Positions 51,329 to 64,000 of a stretch of DNA of 64,000 nucleotides are shown one piece after another. A program made the position numbers and the translations under genes. The notes beneath the pieces were generated by a model. It made no database searches and was not told where the DNA came from. It was given only the letters and a program-made list of their open reading frames with translations. This stretch comes from Lingula anatina (taxonomy: Eukaryota; Animalia; Brachiopoda): the NCBI GenBank assembly GCA_051362555.1, contig CM120644.1, positions 13,166,567-13,230,566 on the forward strand, written 5' to 3'. Numbering within the stretch: the first letter of the stretch is position 1; each line of letters begins with the position of its first letter.

Positions 51329-51976
51329 GCGTCTCCAATCATAAATCGCACTGCTGTAATTATTCAATCATTATTTCACTGTATTGACTAAGCATGAGTA
51401 AAGATTTAAATTAAATGACATATCTAGGGACAGGGATGTATTAGGGGATTACTATAAAAATTGCAGTTTGCTCATTTTTCATTGTAGTTCTTAATAGGGA
51501 AGAGACCCAGTATGTGTTTAAAAGAGTGTCCACACGCATTCTGCCCACCTTACCTTTTTGCATCACAAAAGATGCCTCATCAAGTTGAGAAACAAGAATG
51601 TTCCACCATTATAATGCATCCTCCTACGGCCCTTCCTACGGTTCAGACACGATATGTTTTTGTATATATTTCGTTATTTCTTTTTACCCATGAAAATAAG
51701 GATAATAAGAATAATTCACAGTATTTTACTCAGAAAGGTGCAATAGCACATTCTCTTCCAATCTTAAAAACGCGAAATAATCCCGACTTTACCATAAAAT
51801 TAAAAAAAGGAGGACCACGTTCCCTTTTCCCCCTTCTATTCTAACCCTCTTATAGCTTCATACTTGGATACAGCGATGTACTGTCTCACCTGACACATTT
51901 AGCACAATGTGATACCCAAATACATCCCACCTCCCATCTACTGGCTCTCCTGGCGCAATATACGCATTCACGTGTC

Positions 51977-52008
<32 letters not shown>

Positions 52009-52033
52009 TAGATAGATAGATAGATAGATAGAT
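51977..52033. repeat. Compound (ATA)n(TAGA)n microsatellite
   Basis: Read directly from the sequence. Confidence 0.9.
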
Positions 52034-54146
52034 CCTTCTTCAATTTTAAGAATATCTATTAAGGCCCTACACAGCAAGTACTACCCGGTACGAAAAGCAC
52101 ACACGTTGTATAGAAGTAGTCATACAACTCAAGGAGAGAAAAGCTTTATAGATTACACCATATTCACTTTACTGATAGCACAAAGCCGGTCATCTGTGAT
52201 GTAATCTAACCTTTTCCCCTTCTTTAGCAGGAAGCGGTTCGCCTTCATAGGTTCCAACCCTAAGCTACGAACATGCATTAGAGTAAGCAAAACACACGCC
52301 CCAATCAGGCATTTATATACACATTCGTTACAGACATGTAAATATCGCGAGGAATTAAATCCTCCCAAAATGTTGATACCTGATAATATCAACACTTAAT
52401 CCCCGAACTCATTTGATGCTGTAAACACGGACATGGCTAGACAATACATTGATTCAATCAGCAATATTGCATCCGAACATTCTTCGGGGAGACAATTGAT
52501 GAAAGATAAAGGTTGCGCTTTTTGTGGCCAAAAGATAAAAAAGAGAGAAACAATTGCAAGGCTGTTAAAGTTGATTTCGTGCCTGACAATAGCCAACACA
52601 TACCAGCTTTTGGTAAGTTCGTGCATCATATATTACTGTTAAGGTAAAGAGATAAATTAATTACTGCAACAACAAGTGTTACTATTTACGATGGTGTTGT
52701 GCCCGCCTGAGCGGTAGGGCGTGGGTAAGCCTTAAAATTCAAGTTAAAGCTTATACTAGCTGCTGCCATTAATTCCTTCTGATAAATTTCAAAAGGCATT
52801 AAATAACCACTTAACAAAAAAAAAAAAAACTTTAATACAATGTCTTTAATGACAAAAACCATATAATTGAACAAACGTTGTTTTTTTAAATAAAGTTACA
52901 AATAACAATATTCACCGTCATTTATTTGTCATGGTAATGGACACAATTTCATCCCTTTTTATTTTTTTTAGAAAGTTACTTTGTTTGTTACCATTACCAA
53001 CAGTTAAAATCCTATATAATTCAGCTCTCTCGTAAACATCACAATAAAAATCGATGTTTCACAGATTTCACTTTTCTGTTTGAAAAGAAATTCTTTTCGT
53101 CGCTGACACAATCAATACCCTTGCTCGTATCACGCGAGATTATGCGAGATTATGAGTGAACAAATGCTTCCTTGCCACTTCCCTGGATTTCCCTAAACGC
53201 ACCCTTAGCAAAATGAAAAGTTTGCAGCAAACTTGCAAAAAATTTGCAGCAAATTTGCTGCAAACCAAATAGTTTGCAAGAAACTGTTTGCAGGTTGTTG
53301 CAAGAAAAATCACAGTTGTTGCAAATTTGCTGCAAATTTGCAGAAAGATTAAAAGTTTGCAGGTAGTTCGCAAGAAAACTATCATTTTCTAGCAAATTCG
53401 CAGCAAATTTGCAAGAAAGCTTCTATTTTCTTGCAAATTTGCAGCAAATTTGCAAGAAGACCCTCATTTACATAAAAGTTTGCTGGATGTTTGCAAGAAA
53501 GACTATACAGTGTTGCAAATTTGCAGCAAATTTGCAAGAAACTGCTCATTTACATAAAAGCCTGAAGAAAGTTTGCAAGGATAAATATACCCTGTTGCAA
53601 ATTTGCAGAAAATTTGCAAGAAAACCTTCATTTACATAACATTTTGCAGGAAGTTTGCAAGAAAGACTAACATTGTTGCAAATGCAGTAAATTTGCAATA
53701 AACTCCTCATTTACATAAAGGTTTGCAAGAAACTCAGCTTTTATACACACCAAGTTGATTCATTTGCAAGAAATTGCAAGAAATTGTTTCATGTTTGCAG
53801 CAAATTTGCAAATTCTTTTTCATATAAAAGTTTGCCTGAGTTTTGCAAGAAAGTCCATACCTTTTTTTTACTAACATACAGTTAAATTAATGATGTTTGC
53901 ACTGAGCATGGGTGTCAGGAAGTGCCATTTTCAAGCCAAAATATTAGTATTAAGTTTTAAAAAAAAAGGCCAAGTTAACTAACAGCTTATGAGATTTTTG
54001 CATGAAACTAAGAAATTTATAAACTTTAGTTTATGAGAAGTCTGAAGACACCTGAAGACACTTAGACATTTGTTAATAGTTTGGGAGAAGTTTGCAAGAT
54101 GACATTTACTTAGTTTGCATCAAATTTTCGAGATATTCAGCAGTCT

Positions 54147-54619
54147 ACTTACAGTTTGCGATAAGTTTGCAAGAAACTTAGACATCAACTTACAGTTCAC
54201 AAGAAGTTTGCAAGAAACTTAAACAATTACTTACAGTTCGCGATAACTTTGCAAGAAACTTAGACAATTACTTACAGTTCGCGATAAGTTTGCAAGAAAC
54301 TTAGACAATTACTTACAGTTCGCGACAAGTTTGCAAGAAACTTAAACAATTACTTACAGTTTGCCATAAGTTTGCAAGAAACTTAGTCAATTACTTACAG
54401 TTCGCCATAAGTTTGCAAGAAACTTAGACATCAACTTACAGTTCACAAGAAGTTTGCAAGAAACTTAGACAATTCCTTACAGTTCGCGATAACTTTGCAA
54501 GAAACTTAGACAATTACTTACAGTTCGCGACAAGTTTGCAAGAAACTTAGACAATTACTTACAGTTCACGATAAGTTTGCAAGAAACTTAGAAATTAACT
54601 TACAGTTCGCAAGAAGTTT

Positions 54620-54622
<3 letters not shown>
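54147..54622. repeat. 41-bp tandem array, ~12 units, inside transposon copy 2
   Basis: Same unit variants in the same order as 17455..17930. Confidence 0.95.
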
Positions 54623-54662
<40 letters not shown>

Positions 54663-55091
54663 GCTATTTGCTTACAGTTTGCAAAAAACTTATAAAAATA
54701 GAAATTAACTTTTTTTTTTGAAATAATCAAGATTTAGGCATTTGAAAACTTCTTTTCCATTCTCGAAACCATCCTTACTCAAACTAACAAAATTGTACTA
54801 AAAAAAAAAAAACAAACAATTCATGTTCAGTTATGGATTTTGCCCACTTTTTGGCCAAATTTATTTATTTACATAACCCCACATAAAAAAATAGTTCCAA
54901 AGGTTTATATAAATGATTATTTATTCATAATAACATTTGTATTTGATATAATTTAAGTTCTTATGTATTATTATCAAATTAATACTTTGATTTACTGCTT
55001 ATAATACCGAGTAACCAGGATGATGTTAAGATTTCATAGGGTTTTCATGATTTAGGCAGATTTGGAGCAATACTGAATTATGATGTAACCC

Positions 55092-55585
55092 ACCAACTAT
55101 CAATGAACATAAAAATCAACACTACAGGGGATGACATTCCTGAGAAGTACTTCTTAAAAACAAATAAACTCTTTAGCCCAGGGTGAGTTTGCAAACCAGT
55201 GTATACTGATGAGCATGTGAAGATCACTTAATTGACTCCCAGTAATTGCATGGGCAGTGGCATACAGAAAAATGAGCAAAATACTAAGGTGCACTGTCAA
55301 GTTATGATCAGGGTAAATTGGTTTGTCACATGGGTCATCACAGGTATCTCCATTGAAATCACCATCACAGTGCACTTCATTACTCAACTCTTCTTCGCTA
55401 TAAGAGAAGTTAGGACCACAGTTTTCTTTGCCATTGTCATTTTCACAAACTTCTTTTAGTTGTGTTATTGTGTCAGATATGTCACATATAGCTGTTGCTT
55501 TAATATTCTGTACATCCAACTCTTTGGCATTCTCAGGATAAGGTCTTTATCTTTTGGGTCTCACTCTACCAAGTTGGTCAGCCAT
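55092..55585 (-). pseudogene. Same transposase fragment in copy 2
   Basis: Identical translation (ORF 55154..55519) and the same lesions. Confidence 0.65.
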
Positions 55586-56092
55586 CTTGTCTAAAAAAAA
55601 TAAGAAAAAAGAATTATGAAAAATATATGTCACAATAAGCCTAGATTGATCAAATTTATTATAACAGGTCTCATTGATTAAAAAAAGATGTACATTTTCA
55701 GTCCCCATTTACTATAGATTACTAAGTAGCATTGTATTCAAAGCAGAAAGATTCTCATTTCATTATATAGCACCTACATAAACAAACTGATTTCTATCTA
55801 AGCAAAGAACAGTGGTCCTTCAATTGAAATGCATACTAGTAAGGGTGGAACTTCAAATTCAGTGTCCTTGACACATCTGGTCTTTCAAATTTTCATGGAT
55901 AATTACAGTGCAGCAGAATGGCTGTTTGGTTCTTTTATGGAAACTACACACCTGAGAGATAATTAACTGTGTAAGCAGACCAACATATTACACACTGATT
56001 CTTATCTGAGAGGTCTTTCAATTCAATTTGTTAAATCTCTAAGCCCTGTGGTTCATCAGAATGAAACAATGAAAGAATTAAATGCAAATTAT

Positions 56093-56148
<56 letters not shown>

Positions 56149-59100
56149 AGCAAACCCATGCTTATTAAGTTAAGTTGCATATATTCCTTTTTTCAATTAT
56201 TTGTCCTTCTTGAAAAGTAATCATTATACTTGGATCCTCGGTTTTCAGGATTTTTAGCTTACATAATTAGTGAAGTATGAATAAAGTTTTATTTACAGTT
56301 ATTTGTGCATTGATTATCTAATTTTCCTCGACTTTAACACCCCCCCTCCCCAATCCGACATTCTTAATAGTAAAAATGTATTTCTGCTTAAGCATGCTGT
56401 GGAATGGACATTTAAGAATAAAACCCTAGATGTCACTCAAATCATGTAATTCACAGGCTCTTAAACTCTAATTAGTGCCTGAATACCTTTAAATTTCTTC
56501 TGCTAGTTTGTACATTGATAGTCTTCATATAGCAATACATGTATATATTCCTTTTGTCTGTGGTATTGGCTTGTTCGAATAGAATTGCACTGTAAAATTA
56601 TCAAGTAAATGTTGATAGTCCTTAATGCTAGAAAATTATATTTCCCTTGGCACTTGTTATTATTTTCTGAATCTTTTCTTGTAGTTTTTTGTTCTTTTTT
56701 TTCACTTTTGACCTTCAAATTTTTGCAATGTATTAAACTTATTTTTTAAGAGACACCTGCCAGATTCCCCCACCATCCCCCCCATTCAAGTCTCTGACAT
56801 GCTTATCTTGCAAGATGCTGAGAGAAAGGATGAAACCTGTTCACACCTGACTGTTAATAACTGATCTGTATCTAGGTAAAGATCATGGACCTTAAAATTC
56901 CTACTTGCTAATTAGAGAAGCATTTAACAACAAACAAGTATCTATCCCTTAAGGTACATACTGTCTTTCAACAAGCTTAGCTGAACAATTCCACTTCTAA
57001 GAGTATTTACAGGTCATCAAAGCTTAATGTGACTACAACTCAATTTTAAATTCTATATTATCTGACAGATATTTTAGGACTACCTAAGCTATTTAGCTTC
57101 ACTGGATTATAATGGATTCAATTAAAAGCATTTCACTTCCTGACAAATAACCCAAATGACTGTAGAAGGGGTTCTAATAATGGAAAATTGCATTTTGTTA
57201 TGCATATACCTAGAGACATCAAAATTTTATCAATTTTAGGATGCATAAATGGTAAATTTTTGCCACAAAAGCTCACCAATTGCTAGTAAAAATTTTAAAT
57301 AGTACTAAGATAATTACCGCAAGACATCATTCAATACTGCCCGAAAAATGATATTTGAACAATATTTTCTGCTAGCTTGCTATGCCGATATAATCCAGGC
57401 AGATAAGTAAGATATGTACTTGTATGTTAAATTTTCAGCCAAAATTTAAAATAAGGAGCAGTTAAAAGCTCCTTTCTGCTGATCAAGTGATTTTTCCTTG
57501 TCATGTCTAATAAATTATTCTAGTTGTATAACAAACTAGTAGAAGTAGTTAATAAGCATTTACTGAGAATCCATGTTTCACCACACTCAGTTCAAAATGT
57601 ACCTTTAACTATGGTAATATACACAGAAACCTACAGCTAATTTTATTAGATTTTGTTAAACTAGAATAAACTAAATAGGGAATGACAGTAGACAAGGGTA
57701 ATATTTTATACACAGTTAAGTATCAAACTGTCATGTCTTAAGAAACACTAAAGGGAATCCTCCTTCCAAATTCTTAGTTGACACTCACTCTTATAAAGGT
57801 GACAATTTTCAATTGGACGACAACTATCTGAAATGCTCAGCCCACAAGATGTGCTGCTAGCAAGGAAGAGCCCTATTCACACCTGATTGTTAATTACTAT
57901 AGCACTGATCTGTATCAAAGATTCGGGGACTATTGTAAAGTGAATAATAATTTGTTGTTTAGGACAAGCAAGTCCCCATCTCCTAAGACTCAAACTGTCT
58001 CTTAATAAGCTTTCCTAAACAATTCCACTTTGAAGAATACAGCACAGCAGAGCCTAATCTAACTGTAACTCAAAAATTTAATGTAACCTGACATATAAGT
58101 ACATTTGGGCTATTTAACTTCACTGGATTGTTATAGACTTGATTTAAAATGTCATCATTATTTGACACAAAGCTAAAATGTAAGCAGAAAAGATGCTTTT
58201 AATGTAAAAATGCATTTTATATGGCATTTATCAGTTTTAAGACATTAAAATTATTTAACTTTTATCAATGTCAATTCATAAAAAATACACAAACCAAATG
58301 CTCCTTTTAATAAAACAATGTAAACATAATATAAATCTGATGGTAACTTAGGAATGGAAAGAAAAAAAAGTAATATTTACTAACACTCACTATTTAAACA
58401 ATGTATCAAACTGTTTCGTGCTGTTTTTAATTTTTTTCTGAAGAGACACCTGAGAGACCTCCTACATTCAAGTCTCTGTTGACACCCACTCAAATATTGC
58501 GATGATAATTTTCAATCATCTGATAACTATCTTGCTAGATAAGCTGCTACGTACCTTTCACTGCATGGTTTGCTAGTATTGCTGGGATTCATCTTCCGCG
58601 AAATAAAGACACGCGCAGCCTTGACGACTTTTCAACAATTCCACCCCAGTAAACAATAGTTGGTCTGGATGCAGGAGCAGATCTGTAGTGGTGTTGGCAG
58701 AATCTACCTTTTCTAATAGTTAGATCAAATTTAAGATTCTTGGTCCACGGAGCTCTCATGAACAGCGATTATCAATTCAATTCAATTTATTCAATTCAAT
58801 TCAATTTATTTCTGTACTGGTACATAGATTGTCATGACCTTGTACAATATGATATACAAATGATGATACAATACAGTTAGTGTATTACCATCTTTATATA
58901 ATGAAGATAAGTACTAGTAAAATTACTCATAAAATATTCTATCTAAGCATTGAGATAAACCTTGGTGTGATTATAAATTTACCATAAACATACTATAAAC
59001 ATGTTACACAAAAAGAATATGTTTTTAAAGAACTTAAAACCACCGTTACATAGCTGTTTACATGGCTGTTTGATGACATTGATAATTACGATTAATGACA

Positions 59101-59605
59101 ATTACATAAGACATATAAGTAAATAAGTTACACAGATATAAATATTGTGCCATGTTCAGTCCCACTGCCGAGTCACTTCTCACAACAGTGGGACCATACA
59201 CTGACATTTTAAGGGATATGCTAAGAGTTACCAAGCAGAGCAACCACTATCTGACAACCGGAAATGGTCATGAAAACGACTAATCGTGATAGGTTGATGC
59301 GCCATCTGATGCATCACGGGAAATTTTGAAGAAGAAGACGGTTTGAGATTTACCGGCAGCTGATTTTAAGTTGGTGTAACCAGTTAGAAATTATTATGCG
59401 TTGATTGCAAAGCCAGGTGAGTGCAAAGGTTAATCAGAACGTTTGATTCAAGATAGGATTTTACTACACTCAGAGAATTCTCATCATGCCTGCGAGTAGA
59501 AAGTAGAAAGTAAACCGATTCTAAATACAGTTCTAGTATGGGGGCGCTAGTATGGTACTTGTTGGGAAGGCCATCTCGTTCTCTCTCTCTCTCTTTCTCT
59601 TCTTA

Positions 59606-59663
<58 letters not shown>

Positions 59664-59672
59664 CTTTTCCCC

Positions 59673-59713
<41 letters not shown>

Positions 59714-60238
59714 CGGTTGAATAAGTGTGTAACTATATTCTTTTTAAATTATAGAGACGTGGATTACTATTGGTTTTGACAAGGATGGAGTTGTATCAGT
59801 GGAAGACGTTTCGAAGTTTGAGAGGGAGGAAGAGTAAGAAGGGGAAGTCCCTACTGTTGGAGAGACACTCATGGCTCCTTGGGATGGTTGCATGTATTTG
59901 GCAAAAGTGATTTACATTTAGTGGTAAGTGTATTCTCAATTAGTATAGTTTGCTTAGGTGAAATAAATTCAAAGGGCAGAAGGGTTCATACGGCACTTAA
60001 GGTACATATTTACAGAGCATCGCTGTAACATGGATTTCCAGTAACACATATAAACTACTTCTTCAAATTTCCTAATTACTCAAATAAATTTAACATGACA
60101 AGGGGTAAACTGAATAAGTCACCAGATTGGTCATTAAAGAGCTTTAGACTGCTCCTTTCTTTAAATTTTTGGCCAGAAATTTAGCCTTTTTTCATGACCT
60201 ATTATTATTATTTTTTTTTTTATTTATTTATTATTATT

Positions 60239-62661
60239 GGGTCAAAACACGGTAACGGTGCCATGGGTGTCAAATTTTTTTTTGTTTCATTGAAATTTAA
60301 AATTTTTACATTTTTGTAGAAAACAAATCAAATTTTCAGATAATGTAAGTTTCATTGATATACTCCCAGTACTTTTTCTGTGAGCCACTGGGAAACATAA
60401 AGGAAAAAAAAAATTGTCTCTGACGGGACACATGGTCATATTGGCCTGAGTCAGATATTAGGTTGTTTTTTCAAGTTTTTATCACCCAAATATGTTAAAC
60501 TAATCAGAAGTAATAGTTTAACATAGAAAACTGCCACCTATCACTTATTTTAAGTAAAAAATTATTTAGCACTAGGAGTGGTGTGTCCCGTCAGAGACAT
60601 TTGACTTCGAAAAGTTTTCATATTTTCCACATCTGGTAGGTTGTATAAATGAAACTTAAAATCCTCTTTTAAATAATGATAAGTAATGATTATAGCTAAA
60701 AATTACAAAATTAAAACAATTTACAGTGAATTTATTGCCACATTTTATCATTGTCTCTGATGGGACATTTTCTGTCTCTGACGGGACATTTTTTGACAGA
60801 TGTGAAACACGAGGTTTTACATCTTCAATTGAATCATTTTCAAGTGTTCTGGTGTGTTACATTTCTTATTTTTCTTTTGCAACCGATCATTACTGGGTAA
60901 TTCATTAACCATTACTGATTATTAGCTAGGTTGACTGTCAGTGATTAGGTGTTGACATGTGCCGTCAGAGATCATGTCAGAGCACTAGAACTGTGAGCAG
61001 GTCATTCTGTTCACTGCATGTGCATGATTTAGAACAGAGTCTGAAGGAGACCTCCAGCTCCAACCATATTTTATGGTATCTGATGAACTGCATCATAACA
61101 AACAGCCTGCCTTCACTTGTAATAAGGCCATTCTTGAAGACCTCCAACACCAGCATTCATTCAGCAAAGTCCATTACTGGTCAGACGGAGCCCGAGCCCC
61201 CAGTCAATTCAAAAGTTGGTTTTTACTGTCTAAACATGGTACTATCATGAGGGAGATTTTAGTATGGAAGCTCTGGTACTTTTTATACCACTGCCCATGG
61301 CAAAGGACCAGTGGATGGGATCGAAGGGGAAATGAAACATCAGGTTTGGAGAGCAGTGCTCCAGAGAAAAATGGTTGTAGACACACCTTATCAATTCTAT
61401 TTGGCTGGCAAAGAATTATGCCCCAATGTCAACATAATGCACCAGTCTGCAGCAGATATTGTAGCAGCTACCGCGCCCATCAGCAGTCGCTGGGAAAACT
61501 GTCCATCTGTTCCAGGAATTCAACACTTCCAACAGCTTCAGCCCCAGCCCCAGACCCGTGGACATGTTCTTGTGTCAACCAATTCTTTGTACCAGCAACC
61601 CTCTTAATATGCTAAACTTATTCATATGACTGTGGACTTAGATTTGCCTGCACATCCGCACTATGACAATGTCGGTCAAGGCACAGCTCAGTCTCACCAG
61701 GGAGATTTTGTCATTGCGGAGTTTGCTGCCAGGAAAGGAGTAAAACAATTCTTAGGTCAGGTCATCCATGACACTAAAGACGGCAAAGTGAAAGTCAGTT
61801 TCTTACGTACTGAAGGTTCTGGCAAAAGAAACTTTGTGTACCCTGCCACAGAAGACAAAGCATGGATTCCCATAAAAGATGCAAAGGAAGTCCTTCCAAT
61901 GCCTAGCATAGACACTCGTGGACTTAACTTGTTTCCATCACCTGTTAAGGTGACTGGTTGAAAAAATCTCTAAAGTGCAGAAAAGATATGTGTTCTAAGA
62001 CTAATTAAAAAACAGGAATTATTATGTGAACTATCATGGACAATGTTGATTGATATTGAGAAATTATACTGTGCCTTATCGCTGTGTCATGATAATTAAT
62101 TAATGTTCTAAACATATTGCATCTGGTGATTTTTCTAATGTACAGAAATGCTATTTTGCAATAACCATCAAGTAAGATTCATTGGATACAAAAATGTGGC
62201 TTTTTAAACCTCTTTTCTAAGATTTTTCAATAGTGCCCAAAAGTGTCCCGTCAGAGACGTCCCGTCAGAGACAGTGACTTTTTACACTTAACAGCCTATG
62301 CTGCCAAGGAAAGTAAACAAAACTGGCCTGTTTGTGCATTAACTGCTTCCCAAGACTTGTACCTTGCAATATGAATCACAAAAGTCTTGATTAAATGAAA
62401 TTTCAAAGAGAATTTTGCATTGGAGTTTTAGTAAAAAAATACAGGGGTCAAAAATGTCCCGTCAGAGACAGACCTTTAAGTGATTGTCATTCCCACATTA
62501 ATTTCAATACAAATTAGCTGCTTGTTTTACATAATCCTTTATGGTCTAGCTAAATAAAAATGTATTTAAAAGTAACCATGTGGATCGTTTACCAACTGTA
62601 ATTTTTAAAATTGTCTCTAAAATGTCCCGTCAGAGACATTTCAAATACCGTGTTTTGACCC
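60239..62661 (+). mobile_element. Same Sola2-like element in copy 2
   Basis: Identical TIRs, TSD and ORFs at offset 36691. Confidence 0.8.
60995..61961 (+). pseudogene. Same Sola2-type transposase pseudogene in copy 2
   Basis: Identical translations (ORFs 61073, 61311, 61626). Confidence 0.8.
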
Positions 62662-64000
62662 TATTATTTATTTTTTGGCCCATTGATATACAGCATAGAG
62701 TGCTAGCAGAAAAATCTGTTCAAATATTTTTTCTTTTCTTTTTTTTTTTTTTTTTTTTTTTGGAGGGGAGTTAATTAAACTATGCCTTTTGGTAATCCTC
62801 TAAGTTATACTACTTGAAACTATATGCTGGCATTTTGTTGGCTTATGTGCATGGCCAAAATTTACTTCATATGCACCTTTAAACTTAGCCCCTTGAAATT
62901 ACTTTTAATCTTGAAAAAAAAACTTGCACATTCAATCATATCTGCCACAGGAAAAAATTATAGTTTTAATAGTCTTGATGGTTTTAAAAGTCAGTTTTGG
63001 TCATTTCCACAGAAAGGAGAAATATCAAAGTGCAAATACATGTGTTTTAAAAGAATGCTTTGAAACCTATTCTCCTTTTATTTTAGATTACAGAAATGCA
63101 TGTCAGAAGGAAAAGAAGGCATATGTGAAAGGTGAGTAAATGTATTTTCAGTGAGTGTCAAAGACTTCTGAACAAATCTAAGAATTTAAGTGTATCACCC
63201 TCATACTGACTTATCTCTTCTTTGTGAAACTAATATGTCTGATAATTCCATAATTATTGTTGTTTTTTTTTTTTTTAATAGTAACACAGAATCCAAAATG
63301 TTTCAGTGTTGCCTTGCTTCTGAATAACAGGAACCCCACTTTTTTTTAGTTCAAAACAACCATGCAACCTATGATGAACTGTTCATATATATAAATATAT
63401 ATTCTTAATGCATCACTTTTTTGGTAGAATAACATTTTATGTTTTAACTTTTTTAGATAAAAAGGACAACCAGAGCAATGGTAGTTGTGTAAGTATATTG
63501 TTAATTGACCTGCAATTGCTGTTGCATATCTTTTCCACTAAATGCTGAAAAAATTGTAATTTCCTCTTTCAAATAATAAGTACATTTTACACACATGAAT
63601 TCAAATTTAATAAAGCTTTCCCTGTGTTATTCAAGGAAAAAAATCAGAGCCAGCTTGTAATGCAGCAGTTGAAGAAAGTGTTTCAGTGCCTCGTGCATCA
63701 TTTGTCCCCCGTCTTACTCCCACCATCTCCAACCCTGTGCCCTCCATATCTCCCCACACCCATACCATATCCAACCCTGTGCCCTCCATAACTCCCCACA
63801 CGCATACCATGTGCCCTCCATATCCATCCCCCCCCCCCCCATCTGTCTCATTTAGTTTTTTAAATGAAGTCATGCTTTCTTTATTTATTGTTTAAATTCT
63901 CTTTCTTTCAGTGTATGTTATTAACAACTTGAAAATGGATGGGCCAGCAATTAAGCACACTATGAGTGCAAAAATTCACTGCAAAGAGGGCCTTAAAAAA

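Larger units (their letters stand above)
60000..62878. mobile_element. Same split Kolobok-like MITE in copy 2
   Basis: Same as 23309..26187 at offset 36691. Confidence 0.75.
53202..64000. mobile_element. Copy 2 of the same CACTA/EnSpm-type element, truncated by the window end
   Basis: Same left TIR, here preceded by CA instead of TA. All internal ORF translations match copy 1 at offset 36692, becoming 36691 after a poly-A tract that is one base shorter (47 vs 48 A). Position 64000 corresponds to 27309 of copy 1. Confidence 0.9.
59755..64000 (+). pseudogene. Same decayed spliced gene in copy 2
   Basis: Same sequence at offset 36691. Confidence 0.5.

Noticed and set aside
53202-64000. Simple segmental duplication or haplotig artefact as the explanation for the repeat
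   Set aside because: Homology starts at the TIR (plus one shared A), and copy 1 has its own TSD, which favours transposition. Read-level confirmation is still needed.

Overview
This is AT-rich eukaryotic genomic DNA from an invertebrate animal; the receptor and repeats look lophotrochozoan/mollusc-like, which is an inference. Only one intact host gene is evident: a single-exon aminergic class-A GPCR most like invertebrate 5-HT1 receptors (ATG 47826..49070, +). The window is dominated by two same-orientation, near-identical copies of a ~12.3 kb non-autonomous CACTA/EnSpm-type DNA transposon. Copy 1 (16510..28796) is complete, with 13-bp CCC..GGG TIRs and a 2-bp TA TSD; copy 2 (53202..>64000) runs off the window. 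Each copy is nested three deep: the EnSpm-like shell holds a TTAA-flanked Kolobok-like MITE in an intron, and that MITE holds a 2.4 kb Sola2-like element with a broken transposase. The shell also carries a 41-bp x12 tandem array, a decayed transposase 5' fragment (-) and a divergent decayed spliced gene (+; Tudor-like/BEN-like, tentative). The two copies bracket the GPCR. The rest is intergenic, with several MITEs, a 114-bp tandem duplication, a ~22-bp minisatellite and microsatellites. All family calls come from motif recognition by eye, not database searches.
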